In this document: piece by piece, positions 1-11,209 of the stretch
Layout: every line of letters begins with the position of its first letter
Numbering within the stretch: the stretch's first letter is position 1
Source: Corallochytrium limacisporum Hawaii
Taxonomy: Eukaryota > Protista > Pluriformea
DNA length: 64,000 nucleotides
Direction: 5' to 3'
Assembly (NCBI GenBank): GCA_002811645.1
Contig: PDIP01000028.1
Location: 127,105-191,104 of the forward strand
Made by a program: the position numbers and the translations under genes
The notes under the pieces: model-generated
Databases searched by the model: none
What the model was told of the DNA's origin: nothing
The model's input: the letters and a program-made list of their open reading frames with translations, nothing else

Positions 1-3000
1 AAATGCTGTTCGAAAGGTAATTTGCAACACTATGATCTAATGATCATTCAGCCTTCGAGTACCAGACAGTCTATCACGCAGGCAGGGCGACTAAATGGGA
101 ATTGCACCAAGATTTACGACAGTCTACCATCTTCGCGGTTGTGCTACTTATCATACTCCAGCTTTCGTGCGCCAACCACCACTGTGCTCTGTCCGTGTAT
201 TGAATGGATGTCTCACACCACATCTTGTTTCGTGTGCTCTTGGGAATATGAAACACAGGTGCCAGTGGTCCTCCCTACTGCACACTCAATTGGTTCTCCG
301 TTTCGCTTCACGTACGAGAACTGGAATGGGACCCGCGCTGGAGAACAAGAAGGAAGGAGAACAAAATCTGCACACCCAGCCGACCATAAATCAACGGCGG
401 AAAATGGAGCGGGTGGGGAACGAGCCGTGCAAAATGGCGGGAGACGAGAACGCCAGGGGAAAGGGGAGGGGGGGGGGGGGGGGAAGAATTGCGATGAGCT
501 CTGCATACACTTTCAGTACTACCAGGATTGGGATGCGAGCCCACGCAGTGGGCGTTGGACGAATCGAAGTATTTTGCATCCAAGTAACAGCTTTAGATTT
601 GTACGGGCTATTCGTGCGTCATGATGGAGCCCGTAAGAAAAATCTTGGCCGTACGAAATGTACATGGAGAATAATGCAGATGCGTACTTCTTCCTTGCTG
701 CACACTAATTTGGATAGGAGCTGATACACACTGCTTGGAATTTGCTTTGTTTGAAAGTTGTTGGCTGGTACTCCAGCGTATCTGCCATTAGGAATCCGAC
801 GCCTGCCATCGGACATGACATAATGCCATCGTATATGATCGCAATTCAAGAGTCTCCATAAAGGTCCATCCCTAGCTGATTGCCATCAGAGCATCGTACT
901 GAATCAAGGGTAAGGTGTTGTTATCACACACGGATACGGCAAACTTGCTTTCTCTTTTGATGGTCCGTGTCATAGAACGTTATTATCGCGAAGGAGTAGC
1001 TCCGGTGCTCGTACACCGATATCCCATGTCCTGCCATGTCAGAACTCACCGTGAACCACACAACACAATGAGGTAGCGGGAGTCTCTGTGCGTGTTGTCT
1101 TTGCACAGGACAACATTCATCACAGGACACGACAAGATCACCAACAGGAACCTAACAAATATCAACATGTCTGTGCATATTGATCACGAACATCAGTTCC
1201 ACTGCTCACCGGCAAGCCAATTTCTCAGCTCTCGGGTGGGACCTGCATCTCTGATCTATGGCCACCTTTCCCCGCCCCTCAATCGATTCCGTATTTTGAC
1301 ACTTTGATCGCCCCCTCTTTCTCGGCCCGTCTCCGCTCTGGGCGATCGAATTATATTCACATAGCAAAAATAGTGGTATTCCTTAGATTAACGAGACCCC
1401 GGGGGAGCGAATAAGGCCAGGTGGACGAGGTTGCCAAGTGATTCCGCTCGCTCGACTCCGCTCGTGAGGGAGTTTGGGTGGTCCCCTACTGAGTTGTAGA
1501 GAAAGTGGCCACGCCAAAGGCCCCCTTCCCCGCACCAACAAGGAGGGAGAGGGAAGGAGGAAAATTCTGTCAACGGAGTCATAGAATTTATCTGCCCCCC
1601 CCCCCCCCCCGGGGGTCGGATATCCAACGGGGTGCTGGGAGTGGGCCTCACACTGCGGGCCGCCGAGCAAAATTGGGGTTTGCTGGTCCCCCCGGGGGAA
1701 GCTGGCATTTCAATTATATATCCGGAGTTTCTTTTAAATCAGCCTCACCTCCCTTGCCCCCTCCTGGTGATGCGTATATTTCAAAGAAGTAGGTATAAAC
1801 AATTCAGGTATTGACGAGAGGGTGGTCAGGAGTCTATTTCTATCCCCAACCCCCTCGGGGTCGGGGGTTTGAGGCGGGTCCGCTGCGGGCCTTAAAAAAA
1901 TTCGCCCTTCCAACACACACAGTTTCTGCTCGCCCCACACACAGCCCAACCCGTCACACATGCACGGCTCAGCTAAAAGAGGTAAGGCACCGCAGTAGCG
2001 GTGGAGCCCAGCACTTCGACACCCCTTCCCTGGTTCTTACTGTGCGGTTCCTCCATAGACAACATATCAATACGTTTCAGAGTCCGCCACTATATGTCAC
2101 ATGCGCTCCTTGCTTCCCGTGATCCTGATGTTGACGTTGAGAGATGGAGTCCGCAGGAGAACGCAGTACATTAAGTATGGAGAATTCCAAATCCTTTGCA
2201 CCAGGACTTCGACCGTCCTCCCATGTCTCCACACTTCAATGGAAATCCTCGGCAATAAAGGGTGACCTACGCACTGAAAAATGACATCGCCTATTTTGAA
2301 CCTGTGAGAGCGATTTCACCACATATTTACCATACACCCGACGGACCGCAAGATAGGAGGTTATTGAAAAGGGAGGTGTGTGCGGACCTGCCTATGTCTC
2401 TATTACCCGTCCTTTCAGTTTTGCACACAGCTCACAATTGCACCGGGTGAGTTGGCGGTTGTGCCCAACCGCATACTAAAACACCTGTGACTCAGAAACT
2501 CAAGAATCGTCGGGACAAGCATACCCGCAAAATGCAGCAGGCTGTGGTCTTCGCTTTCGAATTAAGTCCGTTGATTATGTATGTCTTTCCCCTACCATTT
2601 TCGGATTCATTCGCTGCGCTGCCTCCCTGCACGGGCGATCGTTTTACCCCAAGCATCGTGCGCTCTTGCACTGGATGATTAATTCTCGGTACCCTTAATC
2701 CACATATTTACTATAGAAACGAAGCGATAGATGTCGGGCATCAAGCTCTGACATTAAGGTCCTATCGAACTTCAGAACACCTGCCCTTTGAGCTGGCTGC
2801 GGTTGCGTTTCTGGAAAGCGGTGGTGCACGACCCCCGGGGCGCGGGGGGAAGGGAGAGTCGGGGCATTTTTTTTCTCTTTTAGTGCGTTCCATTCTCGCG
2901 TTTTGGAAGGGAGGGGTGTCAGCCAGCGCTTCAATCCCGGAAGCGGCCAGGCCTGCAAGCAGCAGCGGGGCAGCCCGCTTATCCCTGGCTTGCAGCTGTG

Positions 3001-3770
3001 AGTCTAAAAAATTATGCAGTACGTTCAGTTCTGAGAACTCCTATGGGGAAGTTGGGAGTACGTTTTAGACCTTGCGTTTTTCTGCCAGCCCAGCCCCGAC
3101 CAGGCGCGGCGTTCGCCCCCCCCCTCCCCCCCCACCTCTCCCGGGCACGAAGACCCACGCAGTTGCAGCCAACGCAACGACCTTGAAAAAAATTTGCGCG
3201 AACAATTGGATACGTGTTGTCCGGATCGAGCTCATTGTCACCGGCGAAATCAATACTTAATAAACGATCTGGTGGTGTACCTTGGGATGTGCCTGCAGGT
3301 ATGCAACCGGGCGAGAGGGACGTGCCTACCCTAGTGCCCCGGGGGGAATGGACGTGCATAATTTTTTTTGGTCCGCCCCCCAGCAGTCGTGCAATTTCAA
3401 GGCAGAAGAAAATGTACCGCAAACTGAGTCGTGGGAAGAGGAAGAACCCCCGGGCTGACCTAGAATGATCGCCAAAGACCAAGAAAACCCCCTATTGCGT
3501 TCCCCCCCCCCCAAACGACAATCAGTGATAGAGAACGGAAATCGATCGGAAGGGGAGAAGTTTTCCATAGTTCCAGTACTAAAATTGTTATGAGCTGGTT
3601 CCTCCTTTTGACGGCACAAGCCACCTGATTACGACAAAAATCACGAAATGGTCAGGACATGGCCGGTTTGTTTAGCACATCCCGTTGGGTTTGTCCATAG
3701 TTTCTGTGTTCGTACACGCATTTGCGCATTGTTTTCTGTGCGAAATAGTTTTGGGCTACTTGAAAACCTC

Positions 3771-3777
3771 TATAAAT
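3771..3777 (+). promoter_or_regulatory. Candidate TATA box upstream of CDO1
   Basis: TATAAAT about 120 nt upstream of the CDO1 ATG. Confidence 0.4.
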
Positions 3778-3893
3778 ACAAGTAAATTGCAGCTGTTTTC
3801 GGCGCTCTAGAACATTTCTAATTCGTGCGATTTGCGGTGTGACAGGAGTGGTATTTAACCGTGTCCGAATAGATCATTATCAGATTCTACATT

Positions 3894-4619
3894 ATGAGTA
3901 ACCAAGCATTAGAGAACACTGGCGTTTCTGTTACTGCCAACGGAAAGATGACCTGCGATCAGCATTGTCACGTGTCCACTGAGTGTACCTGCAAGCACTC
4001 TTCGGGTAAGCGCTACTGCCTCGGCGGTATGGGTCCCAACGTCTGCAAGGAGGCACCGGTGCCAAAGAACCTCGTGGAATTGCAGGATCTGCTCCGGGAG
4101 GCTCTGAGCAGTGAGAGGGGTGACATTGATTACATCTTGGCAGTTATGGCAAACTACGCGTCCAACGCGGACGACTGGAAGCAATATGCTTTCTACGCTC
4201 CTCACAGATACACTCGGAATCTGGTTGATGTCGGCAACGGTGCGTACAATCTCATGATCCTTTGTTGGAGTGAAGGTCAGGCTAGCAGCGTACACGACCA
4301 TGCTGATAGCCATTGCTTCATGAAGCTGCTTGAGGGTGAACTGATTGAGGAACTGTACGAAATGCCCGAGGACCATGATGGTCGGGACGAGAGTCTTACC
4401 CTGCGTTCCAGAACTACTCTGGAGAAGAATGCTGTAGCTTACATTGACGACAAGATCGGTCTGCACCGTATGGTCAATGCAAGCCACACCCGGAGAGCTG
4501 CATCCCTGCATCTTTACTGCCCTCCTTATGACAAATGCAAAGCCTTTGATGTCAACACTGGCCACGCCAAGCGCTGCGGCAACATCGTCTTCTACTCACA
4601 AATGGGCGAGAAGATTTAG
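3894..4619 (+). CDS. CDO1: Cysteine dioxygenase type 1 with Cys/His-rich N-terminal extension
   Basis: YTRNLVD-GNG-YNLMILCW, HDHADSHCFMK (iron His ligands and cross-link Cys), LHRM and SLHLY motifs. Confidence 0.95.
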   Translation: MSNQALENTGVSVTANGKMTCDQHCHVSTECTCKHSSGKRYCLGGMGPNVCKEAPVPKNLVELQDLLREALSSERGDIDYILAVMANYASNADDWKQYAFYAPHRYTRNLVDVGNGAYNLMILCWSEGQASSVHDHADSHCFMKLLEGELIEELYEMPEDHDGRDESLTLRSRTTLEKNAVAYIDDKIGLHRMVNASHTRRAASLHLYCPPYDKCKAFDVNTGHAKRCGNIVFYSQMGEKI

Positions 4620-5187
4620 GTGCCACCCAACAAACAACAGACATCATGGAGCATCATCCATCCCAACACAGATCTGACTTTTAGCATACTACTTTAAGAT
4701 TCGCATCACTGACATGCAAGTCTATCAATATTAAAAATATTCTGAATCCGAAATCTCATCAATAAGGCCATCGTGTATCCACGCCCACAAAACTCACCCC
4801 CCAATCCCAATTTTCACATACGGTCTCTCGAATTTCCCCAACCCCGTTTTCCGGTTGCCGGTTGGTACCGCCCCATTCAAGAGGTACATTCAATATTGTT
4901 CCCTACTCTGTCAGTGTCTTTCTACCGGCCATGCAGTAACCGCCCCAATGGACCCACCCATGAGGAGGTACCACTGGCACTGAGTTCAATTGGGCTGTTG
5001 CAACACAGGTATTCAATCTCTCAAGGCAGACAAGAAGCTTATGGGATTCGCGACATATCAAATTCGGGACGCTGTTTAGTTGTATGGCTATTTGTGCTGA
5101 CTTTCTGCGACCGATCCGACCAGACAGACATATCGCCAACCCCCCTTGGCGCATCGCCTTTGTGCACACAATACAGACAGCTTCAAG

Positions 5188-5700
5188 ATGGCTGCAGAAG
5201 AACCGGAAGATTTTCCTAAGGAGCTCAAAAGCATTTTGGCTAGTTTTGATGATGCCCTGAAGGAAGCGGAAAGTAAGATCAAAGTGATTGTGGAGAATGA
5301 AACGCAACAGACACGGCAGAAGCTCTCTCCCATCGAGCAGTGTCAACTAGAACTGTCATCAGCGTACGCAATGAATGCATTGTACTATGTATATCTGCGT
5401 ACGCAGGGTATTGATCCTGCAGAGCATCCTTTGATGGCGGAAATAGACCGGGTGAAGACCTACATGGAAAAGCTGGAGGAAGCACGAAAAGAAGCCGAGG
5501 AGAAGGGTATTGAGGTGCCTCCACCACTGGTCTCGGCTGCCACAACTAGGCGGATGATGGAGCGCGTGCTCAAGGATACGGGTATGACCGAACCAAAAGA
5601 TGACAAGGAGCAGACTGACAGAAAAGATAGCAGCAAGAAGCACGCCGCCCCCGATGGCGATGGGTCGAAAGGCTCCAGGAAGAAGCGGAAGAAGAAGTAA
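5188..5700 (+). CDS. C1D: Nuclear nucleic-acid-binding protein C1D / exosome cofactor Rrp47
   Basis: LSPIEQCQLELSSAYAMNALYYVYLRTQGIDPAEHPLMAEIDRVKTYMEKL matches the Sas10/Utp3/C1D domain; basic C-terminal NLS RKKRKKK; first ATG at 5188. Confidence 0.9.
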   Translation: MAAEEPEDFPKELKSILASFDDALKEAESKIKVIVENETQQTRQKLSPIEQCQLELSSAYAMNALYYVYLRTQGIDPAEHPLMAEIDRVKTYMEKLEEARKEAEEKGIEVPPPLVSAATTRRMMERVLKDTGMTEPKDDKEQTDRKDSSKKHAAPDGDGSKGSRKKRKKK

Positions 5701-5838
5701 CAGATACCCAACTGTATCATAAAGTCTCTTCGTAGTATCATAAGCATTAGATGCAAGTGTAAATACAAATGTTAATAAACCAAGGCTCTATTGGTTCGCT
5801 AGTACATACTAGACTTAAGCTATCGATACTAGTACAGT

Positions 5839-6231
5839 TTACTCGGCGATGGTATCAATGAACTGGGCTAGCTTGATGTCGCGCTCAGACAAACCACCGC
5901 AGTCGTGAGTGGCCAAGGTGATCTGGACCTTGTTGTAAACATTGAACCATTCGGGATGATGGTCCATCTTTTCAGCCTGCAGAGCAACCCGGCTCATGAA
6001 TCCCCAGGCCTGAATGAAATTCTGGAAGACAACCTCGCGGTAGATGGCATCACGGCCTTCAACCATAGTCCACTTGGGGATCTTGGCCAGCTCCTGGGAG
6101 CGAATGCTGTCCTCAAGCTTCTGCACCATCCTGCTGCTATAGTATCTTAAAGTAAGGGGCACTTTCAAAGTATGAACAGGGCTGGCCTCGCTTGCAAGTC
6201 TGACAGTCGTCAACAGGATACTCATTAGCAT
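5839..6231 (-). CDS. PCBD: Pterin-4-alpha-carbinolamine dehydratase, possible mitochondrial presequence (second ATG at 6129)
   Basis: [47 protein letters not shown] signature. Confidence 0.95.
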   Translation of the reverse strand: MLMSILLTTVRLASEASPVHTLKVPLTLRYYSSRMVQKLEDSIRSQELAKIPKWTMVEGRDAIYREVVFQNFIQAWGFMSRVALQAEKMDHHPEWFNVYNKVQITLATHDCGGLSERDIKLAQFIDTIAE

Positions 6232-6984
6232 CGTGTTGGCTCTTTTGCCACATTGATCTGCACAACTGGCAATTCCTTACGCTTTGTATAGGTACTTGAA
6301 CATACAACTTCACAAGGAGAATGACCTACTCGTGCGCATAACAAACGGATTGAAAAATGTTTCAATTCATGGATCCGTGGGTTTGCTGCGGCGTATCTCC
6401 GTGTCTGCAGTGGATCATGGCAAAGCATCTTCGAGTAGGGACTACACCTCATAACCCCCCCCCTCTCATTCCATCAGTTCTGGGCCGTGGGACAATGAAA
6501 CAGCATACATTCACTATAGCCATAACCGAGAGCGGTCTTCACCTAAATATATTATCTGAATCAATGACTATGTAAACCGTTACTGCAGTCTGCAGAAGTG
6601 CGCAACTTTGGACGGACCGAACATTGAATCACCCCCTCCTCATGATTCTCCTTCTCTTTCCCGAGTACCACAAAGAAAGTTTTGGGAAATTGCGGAGGAA
6701 GTATATTTCCTAAAAAATAACGTCCCGTTCAAAGAAACTACTGCCGCCCTGCTACCGGTTAGGAATGAAGCAAAAAATTGACTTCGCGAGCCGTGGGTTG
6801 GGGGGGGGGTTCCGGGGTTGGAGGGGATCACAAAATGGAGCACGAAGCCCCAACCCCTTCCCCCAACACCACCAGTGCAACTGCCGGGAGCCCACGAAGC
6901 AAGGGAGGACACCCTGTCCGGGGCGCAGTAACAAAAGGGTCGGAGACAGGGGGTGAGAGACACAGCCAGCCCTCTGGCGTATGC

Positions 6985-6999
6985 GTGTGTGTGTGTGTG
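6985..6999. repeat. (GT)n microsatellite
   Basis: gtgtgtgtgtgtgtg in the PCBD/PTP divergent spacer. Confidence 0.7.
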
Positions 7000-7694
7000 C
7001 ACAAAGGGACAATGAATTCAACACACCCTTGCGTGACACCAAGGGGAAGAAAACAAAGAAATGAAAGCCGTTCGTAAAGTCTGTTCAGTATTAACGGTTC
7101 ACTGCAAATCTTTCGGTCGCCAAAACAAGCAACTCGGGAGGGGCCCGAGGAGGGGAAACCGAACGGGAACGAATGGACTGGTCCAAGTGTCTACCTGCGA
7201 GGAAAAACACCCAGGCTCGATACACACACTGCAAACCCAGTCACATTAATTGCACGACCACAGCCTTTCATCTCTCCCTCTGCTTCGGTCTACCCATACT
7301 TGGCCTGGAAGAGATCCATAGGAAAGGAAGTATCTCGCCGGGGTTACTTCATCTCTGGGGCATCTCGGTGGAATGGCTGTGGTGGTGACGCGGTGAATTT
7401 TTTGGGTCCTGGTTGACCTGCCTGCTAGGTCATTGTGTGAATACCTGCTTTCTATGATGCACAATTCTTTAGCAATGTCTACTCACGCTTCTTTGCGACT
7501 GGATTGTAGAGAAGGGATGCTTTGACTTGACCAGCTGTTTGCGTACTTGAACCTAATGGCTTGGATGCGTGTCTAAGATAGTCCTGTTGTCGCTGCACAT
7601 ATGATCCTGGATTGAAAGGATGTATTACAGAACTTCACCAGAGAAAATGACCTAACGGAACACGCAATACCACGAACACCCGTAGAGCACAAAC

Positions 7695-9338
7695 ATGAGC
7701 ACAACACCGGAAGTGTTCCGTAAATTCCTGAACCTAGGAGGAAAAGAAGGACAAGTGGGCAATAGAGGCGGTATGGGCAACAATTCAAGTTGGAGTACAA
7801 ACAATAGCCTACCCTCACGATCCTTTGGATCTCGCAGTCCATCTCCGAACTGGAGGACTACTCAGGTCAGCCCTATCTCGGACTTCTTTCGGCCAGAGAT
7901 CCGGGATTCTGTGCCACAGAGCGGAAGCGCATACGAACATATTTTGCAGCAATGGGACTACATGAGTCGGAATGGCTTGGAGAGCTGGAGGAGACAATAC
8001 GATAGCATTGAGGATGGACTGTGGATAGACGGCTATCCTTCTATGTCTATCGCTATGCAGAATCCCAATGCGAACCGTTACATTGATATTTTGCCGTTCA
8101 ACAGTACTCGAGTCACTCTGAAAGAGCCTGTGGCAGAGACCGGTTCGCAGTATCCACCAACGGATTATATCAACGCAAACAGTGTAGTAGTGAAGTTTGG
8201 CAATCGTACATATCACTACCTTGTCACACAGGGACCAATGGCAAGCACGGTGAATGCATTCTGGCAAATGGCTTGGGAGCAAGGCTCACTTTCTATTGTC
8301 ATGATTACTCGAGTCCAGGAGAGGGATCGTTTGAAATGCGAGGCTTACTGGCCTGCTGAACTCGGAGAAACAATGCATGCAGGAAATATTTCAATCAAGA
8401 TGAACAAGAAAGTAGACAAGGGAGACTGGATTGAGCGTGAGTTTCTAATGCAGAACACCAACGAGAAATCGGGGAACACCTCACCGAGGACTGTTGTCCA
8501 GTATCAGTATGTCGCATGGCCCGATCACGGTGTGCCAGAAACAACCGGTGCCGCGGAGAAATTCGTTTCCCGAGTTCGGGCGGTACATGACAGCCGCAGC
8601 AAGGCTGTTGTTAGCCCTATGGTTGTGCACTGTAGTGCGGGTGTGGGTCGTTCAGGATGCTTCTGTGCGCTGGACGTCAATTTGGACTACTTGCGACTCA
8701 CGGGTGGCAGGGATCCGTTCCCCTTGTCTGTTGCTGACCTTCTGCGTCACTTCCGCAAGCAGCGGACAACCCTGATCCAGACTGTAGACCAATTTATCTT
8801 TACCCATGCAACAATTGCGTGTGCCGCAAGAAAATACGTAGATAGTGGAAAGGCTAAAGTTAAGCATGCGCAGCTTTTGGATCGAACGCGTATCATTCAA
8901 TATGTGTCCAACCCAGGATCTCATGCTGCATTGACGGACGGCAACAAGAACAAGGGAGACAGTCACATGCTGATTATGAATCCCAGTGTCTTATCGCTCG
9001 TCCAGGTCGGGGACAAGCAGGCGAGTTTTCGTGAATCCTTTGAAATGTGCATCGCAGGAACTGAATATCCGAGTGAACGGATCATTTCAATGTCCCTTAA
9101 GGATAGAAAGCGGATGTCGACAGCTGTCCAAAAGCTTCGCTTCACCATCGCTTCACTCCTCGCCATTCCCATTGCGATTATATCGATCGTCACGGTACTC
9201 CTCGCACCTACACAGGGCCGTGCGATTCTTCAGGATGGTAGCCGGGCGCTGAAGATGATCGTTCTCCAAGCAAAGAGCTACATTACCGGGGTATTGTTTC
9301 CTCAAGACGGCGGAATACCAGTTGACACCCATGAATGA
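7695..9338 (+). CDS. Classical non-receptor protein tyrosine phosphatase with C-terminal membrane anchor (PTP1B/TC-PTP-like)
   Basis: NRYIDILP, DYINAN, TQGP, FWQMAWEQ, KCEAYWP, WPDHGVP, VHCSAGVGRSG, QTVDQF; hydrophobic FTIASLLAIPIAIISIVTVLLAP near the C-terminus. Confidence 0.92.
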   Translation: MSTTPEVFRKFLNLGGKEGQVGNRGGMGNNSSWSTNNSLPSRSFGSRSPSPNWRTTQVSPISDFFRPEIRDSVPQSGSAYEHILQQWDYMSRNGLESWRRQYDSIEDGLWIDGYPSMSIAMQNPNANRYIDILPFNSTRVTLKEPVAETGSQYPPTDYINANSVVVKFGNRTYHYLVTQGPMASTVNAFWQMAWEQGSLSIVMITRVQERDRLKCEAYWPAELGETMHAGNISIKMNKKVDKGDWIEREFLMQNTNEKSGNTSPRTVVQYQYVAWPDHGVPETTGAAEKFVSRVRAVHDSRSKAVVSPMVVHCSAGVGRSGCFCALDVNLDYLRLTGGRDPFPLSVADLLRHFRKQRTTLIQTVDQFIFTHATIACAARKYVDSGKAKVKHAQLLDRTRIIQYVSNPGSHAALTDGNKNKGDSHMLIMNPSVLSLVQVGDKQASFRESFEMCIAGTEYPSERIISMSLKDRKRMSTAVQKLRFTIASLLAIPIAIISIVTVLLAPTQGRAILQDGSRALKMIVLQAKSYITGVLFPQDGGIPVDTHE

Positions 9339-10011
9339 CATATCATCTACTCTGTACTTTCTTTGTGATCCATAGAATACATTTCATCATCGTTGTAATT
9401 CACCCAGTATCTATGTGTCCATGGTTCCTTCCACGGGCAGCTTGGCAGCACACTGTGATATTGCAACTCCTTTTACCGAAGACAGCTGGTGACCCAGCCC
9501 TTTGTCGACGCGTACACTTCCTAGGCTTTGGCGGACCCTCCTAAAAATAGTGCTGTCACCCACCGGTACCCTCAGTACTGCGCACTGGGGTTTGCTGGGA
9601 TAGGCCAACACCGCTCCGGGTCGCGGTTTTCGATTAGCCGATCCGGTTTCGGTGCTGGGCGTATGGATTGTACCTTCACAGGGAAAGGTTAAGCAACTCT
9701 CCCTCTCATCAGTGCCCCCCCCCCCGGGCACTTTTCTTCTTTCATTTCCGTAGTGAGAGTACCGAATTTCCTTGGGTGGGTTCAGAGCGTAGGGACTCCC
9801 TTGCCTACAGAAGGTAAATCACGCCCGGGGAGGAGGGAGACTACGCAAGCGGTGGAGACGACAGGTACAGCCGACGATGGGAAGGTGGGACCTCTAACGA
9901 ATACATCAGCATCTTCCGAACCGAGTAAGGTACTTGAGACGATACCTACCATTGGAAGAAAAAGAGGAGGAATTGATACCTAACGCTTATCTCCGGAATA
10001 ATCTCTACCAA

Positions 10012-11109
10012 ATGGCCTCGTCAACATTAAGACAGACTGTTCAAAACCTGTCAAAGATGAGTGAGATCTACACTATCTTTGGTGCTCCAGGTAGTCCATA
10101 CACCCTGAAGGTGCGCGCGGCCTTTAGATATAGACACATTCCGTACCAATTCGTGATCATGGGTGGTATGTGGAAGAATGATGTCATGGCCAAAGTTAAG
10201 GTACCGGTGATCCCAGTAGTGAAGACTCCAGATGGCGAGTATATGAATGACTCAACACCTCTGCTACTCAAAATGGAGAAGCTCTACAGGCCCGGATTTA
10301 AATCTTTGGCCCCTGAACAATCCAACAATGCGGTTCATTTCCTTATTCACTTCTTGGAGGATTTCGCGGATGAATGGTGCACCAAGGGCATGTTCCACTG
10401 GCGATGGTTCCGAGAACGAGACGGACGCGATGCTGCGCGGTGGCTCGTAGCGGATCAAACACTGGGTCTGGTTGATCAGCAGAGCAGCGAGGCGCTCGCT
10501 AAAGATTTCTTTGAGCGCCAGACAGGCAGAAATCCTATTGTCGGTGTGACTCCAGCAAACCAGAATATGATTGAAACTACAATGTTCAAAGTGCTTGATG
10601 TCGTGGAGAGTCTGTGTACGGAAGCGGCCGGTGGACCTTACCTGTTCGGCACGGCGCCTACTCTCGCAGATTTTGCTCTGTATGGCCAGATTTCGCAGTT
10701 CATTGTCGATCTGACGATTATGGAAACCGTGCGAGAAAAATATCCATACAGCTACCGCTGGATTATGATTCTGGACGATGTTAGCGGTGTGGATGGGTCC
10801 GTGGCCAAGACAGTTGCGGAGATCCCAAAACCGACTATGGATCTGGTAGCATTGGCGGCAGAGGTATATCTGCCGTTTTTGAAAGCCAACGCCCTGGCTA
10901 TGCAAGCTGGAGAGAAGAGCTTTGAGTTCTCCGCCCGTGGTATGAACTACAAGCAGAACACGTTCAAGTACCAGGTTCGCTGCCTGCAGGATCTACGCCA
11001 ACGCTACTCTTCCCTGAATGAGACCGATCAGAAGGAACTATTGTCCGTCCTACCGAGCAATCTTCATACACTAGTGGAAGAGACCCTGGGCTCTCGAGCT
11101 AGGCTGTAG
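10012..11109 (+). CDS. Glutathione S-transferase-like protein (bacterial-type subfamily) with C-terminal PTS1 (ARL)
   Basis: GAPGSPYTLKVRAAFRYRHIPY, IPVV, MNDST, EDFADEW, YLFGTAPTLADFALYGQ; ends SRARL*; first ATG 10012. Confidence 0.82.
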   Translation: MASSTLRQTVQNLSKMSEIYTIFGAPGSPYTLKVRAAFRYRHIPYQFVIMGGMWKNDVMAKVKVPVIPVVKTPDGEYMNDSTPLLLKMEKLYRPGFKSLAPEQSNNAVHFLIHFLEDFADEWCTKGMFHWRWFRERDGRDAARWLVADQTLGLVDQQSSEALAKDFFERQTGRNPIVGVTPANQNMIETTMFKVLDVVESLCTEAAGGPYLFGTAPTLADFALYGQISQFIVDLTIMETVREKYPYSYRWIMILDDVSGVDGSVAKTVAEIPKPTMDLVALAAEVYLPFLKANALAMQAGEKSFEFSARGMNYKQNTFKYQVRCLQDLRQRYSSLNETDQKELLSVLPSNLHTLVEETLGSRARL

Positions 11110-11209
11110 GTGATCCTTGTGCCTGCCCTTCTTTAGGAATACACCGTTACGTAGGACAGTCAAAACATGTAATGCCTTTTATATATGATGCAGCTGGGAT
11201 TGTTACCAT

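Noticed and set aside
22-724. Two overlapping ORFs of about 200 aa
   Set aside because: Cross a poly-G run, no homology recognised, not protein-like
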